Source of the DNA: Fonticula-like sp. SCN 57-25
Taxonomy: Eukaryota
DNA: 64,000 nucleotides
Reading direction: 5' to 3'
Assembly: GCA_001724245.1 (NCBI GenBank)
Contig: MEDX01000015.1
Location: 1-64,000, forward strand
Part shown: piece after piece, positions 32,371 through 43,537 of the stretch
Layout of the letters: each line of letters opens with the position of its first letter
Numbering within the stretch: the first letter of the stretch is position 1
The notes under the pieces: model-generated
Told to the model about the DNA's origin: nothing
Database searches by the model: none
Seen by the model: only the letters and a program-made list of their open reading frames with translations
Position numbers and translations under genes: made by a program

Positions 32371-33498
32371 TTACTCGAAGGAGAGCTCAGGGTTCTCCAC
32401 GCGCATGCGCTGGAGCTCCGAGACGCCGGTGGTGGCGTGGGTGTAGATCAGGTCGATGTAGAACTGGCCGACGCACATGTTGCCGTAGGTGGCGCTGTAG
32501 TACTTGGTGAAGGTGATGTAGAGGTTGTTGACGGCGCCCTCAGTGTAGCCGGGAAGGCCGCGCTGGTAGAAGGGCGAGCGGAAGAACGAGTCGCCGTAGC
32601 AGCCGCACTTGTCCGTAAAGGCGGCGTCGGGGAAGGTGCTCGAGCCGATCGCAGTGTCGCTGAGCTTGACGGCGATCGAGGTGGGGTTGGACGAGTAGTA
32701 CGAGCGCTGCACAAAGTTGTACGAAAAGTACACGTCGGCGGCAATCAGGAGGGAGCCCGACGGCAGGGGATCCGTAAAGTTGACCGAGACGGTGGTGGAA
32801 AGGGAGGAGGTGGGGGTGCAGTACTGGTTGCCGTTCGAGTTGCACACGTTGCAGCCGACATCCTGGCCGCCGGGGATGCTCTTGAGCGGGACCGACTTGA
32901 ACACGTGGGGAAGGTACTGGCCAACATCCGAGTCATAGTCGATCTTGACGACAATGCGGTTCATGCAGATCGAGTTGCGGAACATGTCGATGCGCAGGCG
33001 GTTGGTGCCGCCGTGCACGTACTTGGGGGTGCCCTGGCTGTGCGAGAACGACAAGGTGTGCGGCGCATCGCAGGTGTTGCACTCGCAGTCATAGTTGCCG
33101 TTCTTGGTCTCGCGCGTGGCGTGGACAATGTCGTTCAGGGCAATGCCAAAGGCGGCATCCTTGAGGGTCGGCGAGCAGCTCCACGAGCCGTGGAACTCAA
33201 TGGTCCACTTGTAGGGGATAGCGTTCGAGGGGAGGGGATCCTGGAAGGTAAGAGTGCCGTTGTTCCACTACACGAGCACGGCTGGTGAGCTTACCGCCGG
33301 GTCAAAAGAGGCAATGGTGCGCACGTTGCCAATGGCGCCGGCCGTCTCATCGGGAGCGCACGCGTACTGGCCAGCAACACCGCACTGGCTGCAGAACGAA
33401 AGGCCACCGCCGAAATACAGAGTAAAGTTGGTGGAAGCGGCCGAGGCCGACATGGCGAAAAGCACCACCACAAGCGCGATGCGCATGCTGGTCGACAT
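32371..33498 (-). CDS. Secreted Cys-rich protein with two internal repeats (intron 33241-33294)
   Basis: Signal peptide; two units each with CxxC...YxC...DPLPS...CxC...Y-x2-G-x2-N-x-L. Confidence 0.75.
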
Positions 33499-33577
33499 GC
33501 TGGGCTACCTTCTCTTTCGCTAAAGGAGGCTAGGAGGGAGTGAGAGGCGACCGAAGGGGATCATGGCCCCTTGTCAA

Positions 33578-33690
33578 TGATTGGCTGCGCCTCGACCAAT
33601 GGCGGGCAAGCTCGGGATAACATTAAAAAGTGATGATTGGTGCGACGCGATTCGGACGGCGCGAGATGATTGGTCGGCCACCTCCCAATA
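33578..33690. promoter_or_regulatory. Cluster of five CCAAT/ATTGG boxes in a bidirectional promoter
   Basis: GATTGG three times and CCAAT twice between the divergent genes starting at 33498 and 33836. Confidence 0.6.
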
Positions 33691-33835
33691 AGGAAATTAA
33701 AAACATTCTCCCCAAAGTCGGAACCGTCAAGGGGCAACCGGCGGCGCTAATAGTGGCCTTACTCTCGGTAAATCCAGGGTAAATCGACGCACACTAGCTT
33801 GCAAGCAGCAGCAGCAGAAGCAGCAGAGGATCACC

Positions 33836-34477
33836 ATGGCAGTCACCATTGACCTTATGTGGGTGTCGTTCCGCAAGTTCGACAAGTCGAACGATGGCAA
33901 GATTTCCCTCCAGGAGATGCTTGACGCCCGCAAGAAGGGCCTCGAGATGACCAAGCGCGAGGTGCGCCAGCTCATGAAGGTTGCCGACCAGTCGGGCGAC
34001 CAGGAGCTCGACTTTGCCGAGTTCTTCAAGTTCATGACCAACTCGCCGCTCGACCCCCGCGTGTCCCCCGAAATCATCCGCGCGTTCTCGGCCATCGACA
34101 AGAACGGCGACGGATCTATTTCGCGCAAGGAGTTGCAGTCGGCCCGCCGCAACGGCACCATCAAGATCACCAAGGACGACGCCAACGCCATCATTGACGC
34201 CGCCGGCGACGACAAGCTCACCCTCTCCCAGTTCACCATGCTCATCGCTGGCAAGCCCGCGGGCGAGCCCAAGCGCGTCGTGCTCGACGAGGACGACCTC
34301 TACGCCCTCTTCCAGCTCCTCGACGAGGACCGCAGCGGCTACCTCTCCCCCGCCGAGGTCGTCCGCGCCGGCCAGCTCCTCGAGCTCCCCCCGGCCGAGA
34401 CCCAAAAGATCATGATGGCCGACCGCAACGGCGACGGCCGCCTCTCGTTCCCCGAGTTCCGCGCGCTCTTTGGCTAG
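33836..34477 (+). CDS. Six-EF-hand calcium-binding protein
   Basis: Loops DKSNDGKIS, DQSGDQELD, DKNGDGSIS, a degenerate fourth, DEDRSGYLS and DRNGDGRLS. Confidence 0.9.
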   Translation: MAVTIDLMWVSFRKFDKSNDGKISLQEMLDARKKGLEMTKREVRQLMKVADQSGDQELDFAEFFKFMTNSPLDPRVSPEIIRAFSAIDKNGDGSISRKELQSARRNGTIKITKDDANAIIDAAGDDKLTLSQFTMLIAGKPAGEPKRVVLDEDDLYALFQLLDEDRSGYLSPAEVVRAGQLLELPPAETQKIMMADRNGDGRLSFPEFRALFG

Positions 34478-34635
34478 GCGTGTATTTCGGCAGGCACCCG
34501 CACGGCCCACGACACCCTTGAATGCATCATTATAAAGCTGGGTCAACGTGTTTCAATTGCATCCTTAATATACGCTCAATTGTTTTTTTTGGCCAAAGTC
34601 TAAACTCTATATTGATAAGCACACAAAAAAGGCCT

Positions 34636-36718
34636 CTAACAGAAAATGAGGATGGCGAGCCCCACGGTAGAGATCATTGATATCAAATTCAACGGCAGCC
34701 CAATCTTTGCATAGTCTGAAAACTTGTACCCGCCCGGCCCCATGACCATGAGGTTTGTCTGGTACCCGATTGGCGTGCAGAAACTGGACGACCCCGCCAT
34801 CATGAGCGTATACACCACGGCCTTTTCCGTGGCGCCCGAGCCCGGGACGGCGGCCATTGCCCACGCGATGGGGAACATGAGCGTCACCGTCGCCGCGTTG
34901 GAAATAACTTCTGTCATGACTGTTGTGATGAGGTAGACGCCGCCGAGGATGCCGAGCGCGCCGAGCGGCTCGAGGACCGTCATGAGCGACTCTGCAATGA
35001 CGCTCGCCGCGCCCGAGAGCTCCATGGCGCGACCAATGGAAAAGCTCGCTGCGATGAGGACGAGGAGCTCGCCCTGCACGGCCATTGACGCGTCGCGCGC
35101 CTTGATGCACCTGAGCGCGAGGAGGAGGCAGGCGGCGCCGAACGCGGCCGCGACGAGCTCGATGACGCCGGCGGTCGTGACGGCCACCATGGCGACGAGG
35201 ATAAGGACGGTCGACACCGTCTTCCACACGCGCTGCTTCTTGTACACGCTCTTGCCGGCGAGCTGCGTGACCATGGCAAAGTCCTGGTCCTGCATGTGGT
35301 ACTTTGTAAAGTACTTGTTGGCCTCGGCGAGCAGCGTGTCGCCCGCCTGCAGCTTGACGCTGCCAATCGACTGGCGGAGGCGCACGCCGCGGCGGTGGAT
35401 GGCGATGATGGCCGCGTTGTAGCGCGAGCGGAAGCGGCTCTCGCGCACCGTCTGGCCGACGAGCGGCGAGTTGGGCGCCACCACGAGCTCGACAAGCACG
35501 CGGTTGCGCAGGCGGCCCGTCACCTTGGCGAGCTGAGAGTCCTCGGGCTCAAGGCCAGGCACAGTGTACACCATCGGCATCGTCTCTACGAGCCCGGAAA
35601 AGTAGAGAATGTCGTTGGCCTGCAGCAGGAACGTTTCGTCTGGCGCCGGGAAAGTTTCATTGCCGCGCTGCACTTCAAAGAGGAAAACGCCCGTGAGGCC
35701 GCGCAGGCCCGCCTCGGCGATCGACTTGCCGTGCAGCGGCCCCGTCTCGTCCGGCGAGACGCGCACGGCAGAGGTGAACTCGCGGGGGTTCTGCAGGAAC
35801 TCGTCCATGTTGGTCGTGTTGGTCGGCAAAAGGTACGGCGACGCGATCAGGATGTAGATGAGGCAGACCACCATGTTGGGGATGCCAATGTAGCCAATCT
35901 CAAAGAAGCCGAGGACAAGGTCGGGGTTCGCCTCCTCGGCCAGGTTGGCCACGATGAGGTTGGTGCTCGTGCCGATGATGGTCGAGCAGCCACCGAGAAC
36001 GGAAGCGTAACTAAGCGGGATCAGAAACTTGGAGGCGGGGAAGCGCAGGCGGTGCGTCCAGTCGAGCACCACCGGGATCATCATGGCGACAAGCGGCGTG
36101 TTGCTCATGAATCCAGACAGGAGCGCGACGGGGGCCATCATGCGAAGCTGCGCGTCCCACATGCGCGTGGGATGCCGGAGGACATGCTTGATAAAGACCT
36201 CAAGCGAGTTGTTGATCTCCATCGCCTTGGCAACGACAAACAAAACGCCAATGCTGATGACGCCCTCGCTGGAAAAGCCGCTCAGGGCCTCCTTCACCGG
36301 GATCACCTGCATCAGCATCAAAAAGGTCATTGCAAACACAACGACAATGTGCGGCTCGACGGCATCTTTGAAGAGAACCAGTAGCGTCAAGCAGACAGTC
36401 TAGAGGCAAACAAACAGTGAGACGCCCGCAAGCAGCTGCTATGTCGACACGTACCACCATCGTCGTCCATGCCTCGTAAGATTTGTCGCCGAAATCCCAC
36501 CAGAGCGTGCCCGCCAGCGTCAGGAGAATCGCAAGGATCACCGCCGCTACAAAGTACGGCACGTTGGCACGAAGCGTCGCCTTCAGGGCCGCCTTGGTGA
36601 ACTGGTTCTTCTTCTCCTCCTCCTCGATCTCTGCCTCCTTGATGGCATCATACGACGGCCCAGAGGACGACAGCAGCCGGCGCGACTCGATGTCGCCCCC
36701 ATCCTTTTCATCCCCCAT
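34636..36718 (-). CDS. SLC13-family anion permease with TrkA-C domains (SLT/SAC1-like; intron 36400-36454)
   Basis: LSGFMSNTPLVAMMIP, LGGCSTIIGTSTNL, two TrkA-C-like segments, and TPIGYQTNLMVMGPGGYKFSDY. Confidence 0.9.
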
Positions 36719-36737
36719 GCTCGTGTTGATCCCCAAG

Positions 36738-36757
36738 ATGCCGTCACGTGACGGCAT
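36738..36757. promoter_or_regulatory. Perfect 20-bp palindrome centred on GTCACGTGAC upstream of the permease ATG
   Basis: atgccgtcac/gtgacggcat. Confidence 0.6.
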
Positions 36758-37218
36758 AACCGACATGCCGGCCGCCTTGCAGGCAAAACGCCCGCTTTAT
36801 ATAAATTAACGCAAAAAACAGGGCCAGAGACCGCCCGCGGACCCTGGCTTTTGACGCCCGACGGAAGTGAGACCACGTGGTCGTGGGAGCTTGGTCTTAC
36901 GGCAATCACACTTTAGTCAGGGGCGGACTGCGACTTTAGAGAACGACGCGCTGGCTTGAAACAGAGCAAAGAGAAAGCTATACGGCATTCAAGATACGCA
37001 AATTCGCATGCGCGACACATTAACTTGGTCATAAATGCAGCAATTATGCTCGAAATATTTATTGCTATTCATTACTCTGAGGAGACTTTGATAAATTACT
37101 ACTTGCACTTCAAATCGACTTGACAACAAAACAAAACAATGCTTGCATAAATATAATGCGTGCATATCATACAATGCTTCTACTATACACCTTTATGACA
37201 CGGCGGCACTTTTCTGCG

Positions 37219-38271
37219 CTATATCCTATTTGAGCTTCTTGCGGACTTTCTGACGCAGAAACTGTCCTTTGGCAAGTGCGCGCACGCTGCGTCGACGAAC
37301 CTCTCGATGGAGCTCTGCTGCGTCTCGAGTCCCTTCAGCGCCTCTGCGAGCGCGCCGGCGAGCGTCTTGCCGCTCTCTGCGCTCCCGCCCGCGACGACGA
37401 CCGCCGCGCCGGCCGCGGTGTCGGGCAGCTCCAGCTGCGCGACTGCGCTCTCATCGTCACTCGAGAGGCGGCGATCTTTGACGGATGCCGCGACGATAAG
37501 CGCGAGCGGCGGGTGCGTCGCGAGCGCGCGGCTCACGCACTCGAGGGCGGCACGCAGCTGCGCGCCCGTACAGCATATGCTGACGAGGAGGAGCGCAGGG
37601 CACGCGTGCGTCTTGTTGCTGCACTCGCACAGCGAGCCAAACACGCCGCCCATCGCCGCCACGGCGGCCTCCTCAACGTAAAAGCCGAGCCTCCCGAGCG
37701 TGCTGGAAAGATCGGCCTCCTCGCTGTCGCCGGTCAGCGGGCTCAGAACGGCGCAGAGGGCGCGGCGACGGGCGGGTGAGGGAGTCGAGTACAAGAGGGA
37801 AGCGGGAAGGATCGGGTTCAGAGCCCATTGCGTGATCGCGATCTGCCGCAGGCCAAAGTCCAGGTCGAGAAGGAGGCTCGTCAGGGAGCGGTCCGCGTAC
37901 GCAGTCTGAAGATCCTCAAGCAGAAGCGACTCGGAGGAAAGAACCGGAAGGACATCGGAAAGACCAATCTGCTCAAAGAGGGCGACAGTGCGCGCGCGGG
38001 CATACGATGACTGCGTCGCAACGCGGGAACGCTTCGCGGAAAGAGAAAGTAAGGATGGGGCCGTGCTTTCATAAGAACGCTTTACGAGAGACACGGCGGG
38101 GGGGTCGCGGGGATTATTTTCGCCTTGTGCGCCCTCCACGAGGGACTGCGACACCACCGCAGGCACCGAGGAGGGCCAATGGGTGCAGTCCGGCGGCGGA
38201 CTAGCCGGCTCAAGGAGCGAGCGGGTTATGTCGCGCGCAATCCCCAAGCGAGGGGGCTGATCGGGCTGCAT
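37219..38271 (-). CDS. Uncharacterised protein; SAM-like segment followed by a possible degenerate caspase-like fold
   Basis: LFEQIGLSDVLPVLSSESLLLEDL (SAM-like); GDSEEADLSSTLGRLGFYV, PPLALIVAAS and SGKTLAGALAEAL. Confidence 0.5.
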   Translation of the reverse strand: MQPDQPPRLGIARDITRSLLEPASPPPDCTHWPSSVPAVVSQSLVEGAQGENNPRDPPAVSLVKRSYESTAPSLLSLSAKRSRVATQSSYARARTVALFEQIGLSDVLPVLSSESLLLEDLQTAYADRSLTSLLLDLDFGLRQIAITQWALNPILPASLLYSTPSPARRRALCAVLSPLTGDSEEADLSSTLGRLGFYVEEAAVAAMGGVFGSLCECSNKTHACPALLLVSICCTGAQLRAALECVSRALATHPPLALIVAASVKDRRLSSDDESAVAQLELPDTAAGAAVVVAGGSAESGKTLAGALAEALKGLETQQSSIERFVDAACAHLPKDSFCVRKSARSSNRI

Positions 38272-38998
38272 CGCCCGCGATGTAGCAAGGAAAAGAAAAG
38301 GAAAAAGGCGACCAAGTCGAAGCAAAGACCAGAAAAAAAGGCCAGTATGCAGAGAAAAGCGTATAAAAAAGCAAACGCAAGCTAGTCACCCGCCTCTCGA
38401 GCGGCTACACGCGCGTGCTCTCGCTCCCTGCCGGCCAACACGGGGCCACGGAGCAAAGCTCGAAGGCAACGCACAACGCAACGCGGGGGTCGTGAGAGCC
38501 GACTTCGGACTATGCGCACCTCCTTAATCAGGAGGTCGCAGCCGATTGGTCCACAAGAACATTGATGCAATGTGATTGGCCCGATGCACTCAAAATGCAA
38601 CCATGTTGGCCATGTGGTCGGCTAAGCCGCGGCCAAAATAGAAAGAGCAAAGACGCGGCGGGGACAACTAACAAAACACAGAAACGCGCGCAAAACACTT
38701 TTCCTGTACAACGCCAAGTGAACAATAGCCATGTGTGCGCTTGCTTTTCAAGTAAGCGTGTGGAAATTTTCCGCCGTTTTACCGCGCGATCTGCGGCAGA
38801 TCATGAGATTATTTTCCACGTGGACATTTCTGCATTGACCTGTCTCATGTCCTTTTCCACCATATCAGTTTCCTTTTCCACCATATCATTTTCCCACTTT
38901 GGACACTTTCAATGTACTTGCGGACGTGTTTATTACTCCGCTACTTGATAGTCTTACAGATTGCATTTTACGCTTTTTCGTCGCCGATCGATCTGCGC

Positions 38999-40952
38999 TT
39001 ACAGCTCGTCGTGGCCGTGGCCGTGCGCCTTTTCGCCGGCCTGCTCGCCGTCCTCCTCCTCCTCGACCTCGGCCTCGGCCTCCTGCACGGTCTCGCGGCA
39101 CACGATGGGCGTGGCGACCTTGAAGGTGTACTCGCAGCGCGCGGGCTCCTCGGCGGAGAGGAGCTCGGTGGAGGCGCCGCAGACAAACTCGACGCGCGTG
39201 AGGCGGTCGGGTCCCTGCCAGCACTTGAGGCCGTCCTTGTAAATCTGCTCGTTAAACGAGTCGCCGTCCCACTCGCCCCAGCGGCCGAGCAGCGTCGTCG
39301 CACCGCCCTTCTTGGCCTTTTGCTCGGTCTTGTCAAAGAAGCACACCTCGTACGTGTACTCGACAGTGTCGAGCGTGGCGCACTCGCCGTGCAGCGCGAA
39401 AAAGGCGTCCGACGGGCCGTACGGCGTTGACAGAATCTTTTCAAGGCTGGTAATCTCATTGTCAACGTCGCGCTTGGCGTCCTTGGCGCTGTCGAGCGAG
39501 GCGCGGGCGGACTGCGCGGCTGCAAAAGATGTGTCAGCAACGACACAAAACTCAAGAGAGAAAGAACAAGGACAGGCCTACCTGTCGGGGGGACATAGCC
39601 AAAGAACGAATAGAGACGACCCGTGACCGCTGACCACGTCTTTTTCATAACTAATCACCCAAGAAACACAAAGGAAAAGGTCAATACACCAATAAAACAC
39701 TGTGGAAACGGGCCCCAAATAATATAGCCAAATCCTCTTCCCCTACCTCTTCCCGTATCATCCCATAATATTCCATTGGCGTACCACTGACGACCTCCTC
39801 GGGGTAGGCCGACGGCGTGCCGTCGTCGTCGACGAGGAACTCGCCGTCCTTGCTTCCGTCCTCGAACGCGTTCACGGCGAGCGTGATTTCGTTGACAATA
39901 CCCTCGAGCTCGCTCGAGACGGTACGGCCGGCCTCTGAGCCGTCCTTGAGCTGCGTGGCGGTGCGGCCGAGCTTGGACGCGGACACCTCGATGGACTCGT
40001 GGAACGGATGGCGGGCGGCGCGCAGGGCGTCGCGCACCTCCTCAATGTCGCCGAGCGTCGCCTTGCTCTCGGCGGCCTCGCGGAGAATGTCAATGATGGG
40101 GTCGAGCTTGGAGGCGGCGAGCTCGGCGGCGTCGAGCAGCGCCTTGTGGACCGGCGAGTCGCGGCGGAGCGCCTCGTACTCTTCAAGCGCAATCTTCTCG
40201 GCCTTGGTGGCAGCGTCGGCGCGATCAGTAAGGCTGGCAACCTTGGCATCAAGCTCGGGGAGCTGGGCGCGGAGCGAGTCGAGGCGCGCGCGCTTCTCGG
40301 CGAGGCGGGTCGAGGCAAAGTCAACAAGGGCGGCGCGCGACTCGAGGCCAGCGCGCGTGACGCGATCACGCTCCTCCTGCTCCGCGCGGAGCGCAGCACC
40401 CTCGGCCTCGCACGTGTTCTCGCAGGTGAGCAGACCGCTGTTCTCGTCGGAGCCGTCGCAGCAGTCGCAGACAAGGTCATCAACGCGGTTCGACGGGATG
40501 CGCTTGCTGACAGAGCCCTTGTTCACGCAAAAGAAGGTGCCAGCGGGGCACGCCGAGGTTCCGGGCTCATCAGAGCCGTCAGTGCACTCGCAGAAATCAT
40601 CGTTCACGCTCATAAAGTGAACAGCGCCGCGGCCATCAAGGCACCGGAACTCGCCTTCAGGGCCAGGGACATAAAGGTGCTTGTCTAAAAAAAGCGCATG
40701 AGCACAACAGAAACAAACTAAGGCGGCAAGAAGGAAAAAGGACACAGTAGCTCAAAAAAAAGTAATGTACGCACCCTTGGGGTCAATACCGAAAACTTCA
40801 AAAGGCGCGCCCTGGCCGTCCATGTCGTCGGGCGACATGGAGAACGTTTGCGTCTGCACCTCCTGCCCCTCCTGCCCCTCCTGCGCAACGGCAACAACCG
40901 CCAAAGCGGCGACCGCCACAAGCAGCAGCAAACGCATTACCTTGCGTGCCAT
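38999..40952 (-). CDS. PRKCSH: Glucosidase II beta subunit (multi-exon)
   Basis: Signal peptide, VNDDFCECTDGSDEPGTSAC, CDCCDGSDE, coiled coil, MRH domain (KCWQGPDR...EEPARCEY) and C-terminal HDEL. Confidence 0.95.
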
Positions 40953-41297
40953 CCCCGTCTCACTTGAAACTACAACCAAAACCCTCTCTTTCCGTAGCTC
41001 CTGGCAGGATCGCCGACGCTACAGGCAAAAGAAAGGAGAGGAGGGACACACAACAAAAGCACAAGAACGTCTGATATTCCCACCATATCCTTTGTTATTT
41101 TCACCATAACAGTTTTGCGTGTGTCATCGTTTGCCCTGCAGCTCAGCGCTGCTGCTGGCCGGGGATTCACGGAAGCGTCTCGCCACCGGCCGAGTGCGGC
41201 GACGCGCGCGTTGGTGCGGCAAGGTGGACTACGCCTTGTTGAAAAGGTATATTTTCACGCGGCTGCTTCTTTGACGATTTAAACCACGATTCGAGCG

Positions 41298-41543
41298 ATG
41301 GCTGATGCGCGGTCGGCATTCCGTGCGGCTCTGCGTGTTGCGCGGCAATTTCCGAATGAGCGGTACCGGCCAAAGATGCGCGAGATGGTTCGCGAACTAT
41401 TTGAGGTGCGGCGAGAAGAGACGAATGCGGCGCCTCTGATTGCGCGTGCGCGGCGTGTCACCGCGGCGGTGCGTGTCTTTGGGTTCGCCGATCGCGCCCT
41501 CATCGCAAAGCTGCTGGAGCACGTGAAAGGCAAGGCAAAGTAG
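41298..41543 (+). CDS. Small LYR-motif-like mitochondrial protein
   Basis: AFRAALRVARQFPN...VRELFE pattern; 81 aa. Confidence 0.6.
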   Translation: MADARSAFRAALRVARQFPNERYRPKMREMVRELFEVRREETNAAPLIARARRVTAAVRVFGFADRALIAKLLEHVKGKAK

Positions 41544-41665
41544 CGGCCAAGGCATTCAACAAATGTATATTAATTAGCTTCAGTGTATATAGTCTAATTC
41601 TCAAATACTGGCAATGACATACTCTACTTTCCGTGTATGGATGATGCTGCAAAAAGCTCGCACAG

Positions 41666-43098
41666 TTAAGCTGATTCGTCGATGCGCGCGGGCTCGTCCA
41701 CGTCGTAGTGCACATTGGGCTCGAGCGGCTCGCTGGGGAGCTCCTCCATGGGCATCTCCAACGACGCCCCCGAGCGCTTCGTCCTGCGCCTCTCGACGTA
41801 CAAGACGATGCCTGCAGTGATCAGACCGACGGCCACCAGGATGGCAAGGAGGATACCGGCGACGGCGCCGCTGCACAGCACTGGTCAGGAATGCACACCG
41901 ACCGCGGGCCAGGCTACGCACCCAGAGAGGCCAAACACCCACGGCGTCGTCGGCTTGTCCTCGCGGTACACGACGACGACGTCCCAGCCGAAAGCGCTAA
42001 CGGGCGCGTCCTCGATCATGTTGGCGACCTTGTACCACGGCATGTGGTCGACGCGGAAGCACACGCGAGTGACATCCCTGTGCGCACAAATTAGCGACCA
42101 AAAAGAGTCCATTGCCCGCGCGTACTGTCCCTCAAAGGGCTCCGCCTCCGTGACGTTGAGGATCGTGACGTCCGACTCGGCGATGCCCGAGACCGAAGCG
42201 ACGCGGCTGACAAACAAGAGGTTCATCTGGCTGTTCCAGCTGGAGAACGGCTGGACGATCTCGGCGCAGATTGTCGGCGGGATGGTCGGCGGCGCGTCAA
42301 AGGACGGCGTGGACGAGCCGCGCGCCACCATGTTGCAGAGCGCAACTGCATCAGACACGGTTCCCGTGCAGTTGGTGCAGGTGATCCGGAGGTAGTAGTA
42401 GGCGGGGTGAGTCATGTTGGCCGGCGTGCCCGTCGCCACGTGCAGCCTGGACCCGGCCGACCACATCGGCTCGGGCGCAGCGTCAAAACCGGAAATCTCG
42501 CGCATCAGCAGCATCTCGCTCGCCGGCTCGCTCGCCAGCTCGTCTAGGGCAGCCTACGTCAGCAAAAAAAGGCCCAGTAAAACAGCACGAAAAGAGACGC
42601 ACTTGTTCCCAGGACGGACAGCGAGACGGAGCCCGGCTGGTCGTTAAAGAAGTAATACTGGAGGCTGAGGCGCGTGAACGACACGGCGGGGTCGGCGAGC
42701 ACCCTGACGATGACGGTCCCGTTGCCGTTCCACAGGGGATCCCAGCGGACGGCCATGCAGACCTGGTCGGCAATGTTGGTCGCGTATACGCCGGCAAGGT
42801 CGCTCGACGTCGGGAGAGCAGCAATGACGCCGCGCGAGTAAATCTGGTCCTCGCACTCGCTCGCCATCAGCGGGCAGCTGCCGGCCATCTCATCGCCAAA
42901 CCCGTAAAAGCCGACGCGTGACGTGCTCCCCGCACCGTCAACGACGAGGGACGGGTCGGCGATCAGCCACGCAGTCGCCGCGAAATCATTGGGCAGAACG
43001 GGAAAGTCGTTCAGCTTTTGCGTCAACACAAGCGACGCCTGCGTGCCGCACACGGCCGCCGCCACAAGCAATACCGCCACCGCCACAGCGCGCGCCAT
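41666..43098 (-). CDS. Orphan type-I membrane protein (at least 3 exons)
   Basis: Signal peptide MARAVAVAVLLVAAAVCGTQA, Cys-containing ectodomain, TM GILLAILVAVGLITAGIVLYV + ERRRTKR, short acidic tail containing NVHY. Confidence 0.7.
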
Positions 43099-43537
43099 CT
43101 CGTCGACTTGGCCTACACGGTTGTGACAGCCCTGTAGCAGCCACCCACTTGCAGATCAGAGCATTTTCCCTAGATAGGCCGACGGACACCCGCGACCAAA
43201 GCCTCGACCCCCGCCCACCCGCACATCCCGAGACGACCCGCGAGAGGCCTACCGGTTGCTCGAGGTGCACTATTGAGCTCGAGCCGGCGCCGGTTCTCGG
43301 ACTCCATTGGAAAAAGGGGAGGATCTGTGGCTGGACTGCGACACCCTTTGTTGTTTTTCGCGTTTTATTTAGTTTTGCGTGATCGGCGCTTTTTTCGACC
43401 GCGATTTTGGCATCGCAGATTACAAAGGACTTTATCTTTGCTTTGGCGTGTCGCGTTTACTCGGCCCGCTTTGCTTGTTGTGAGGAAAGGTGTGCTTCTT
43501 AGACTATTAAAGCGCCGCGCGCGCCAGCCTTGGTCCC

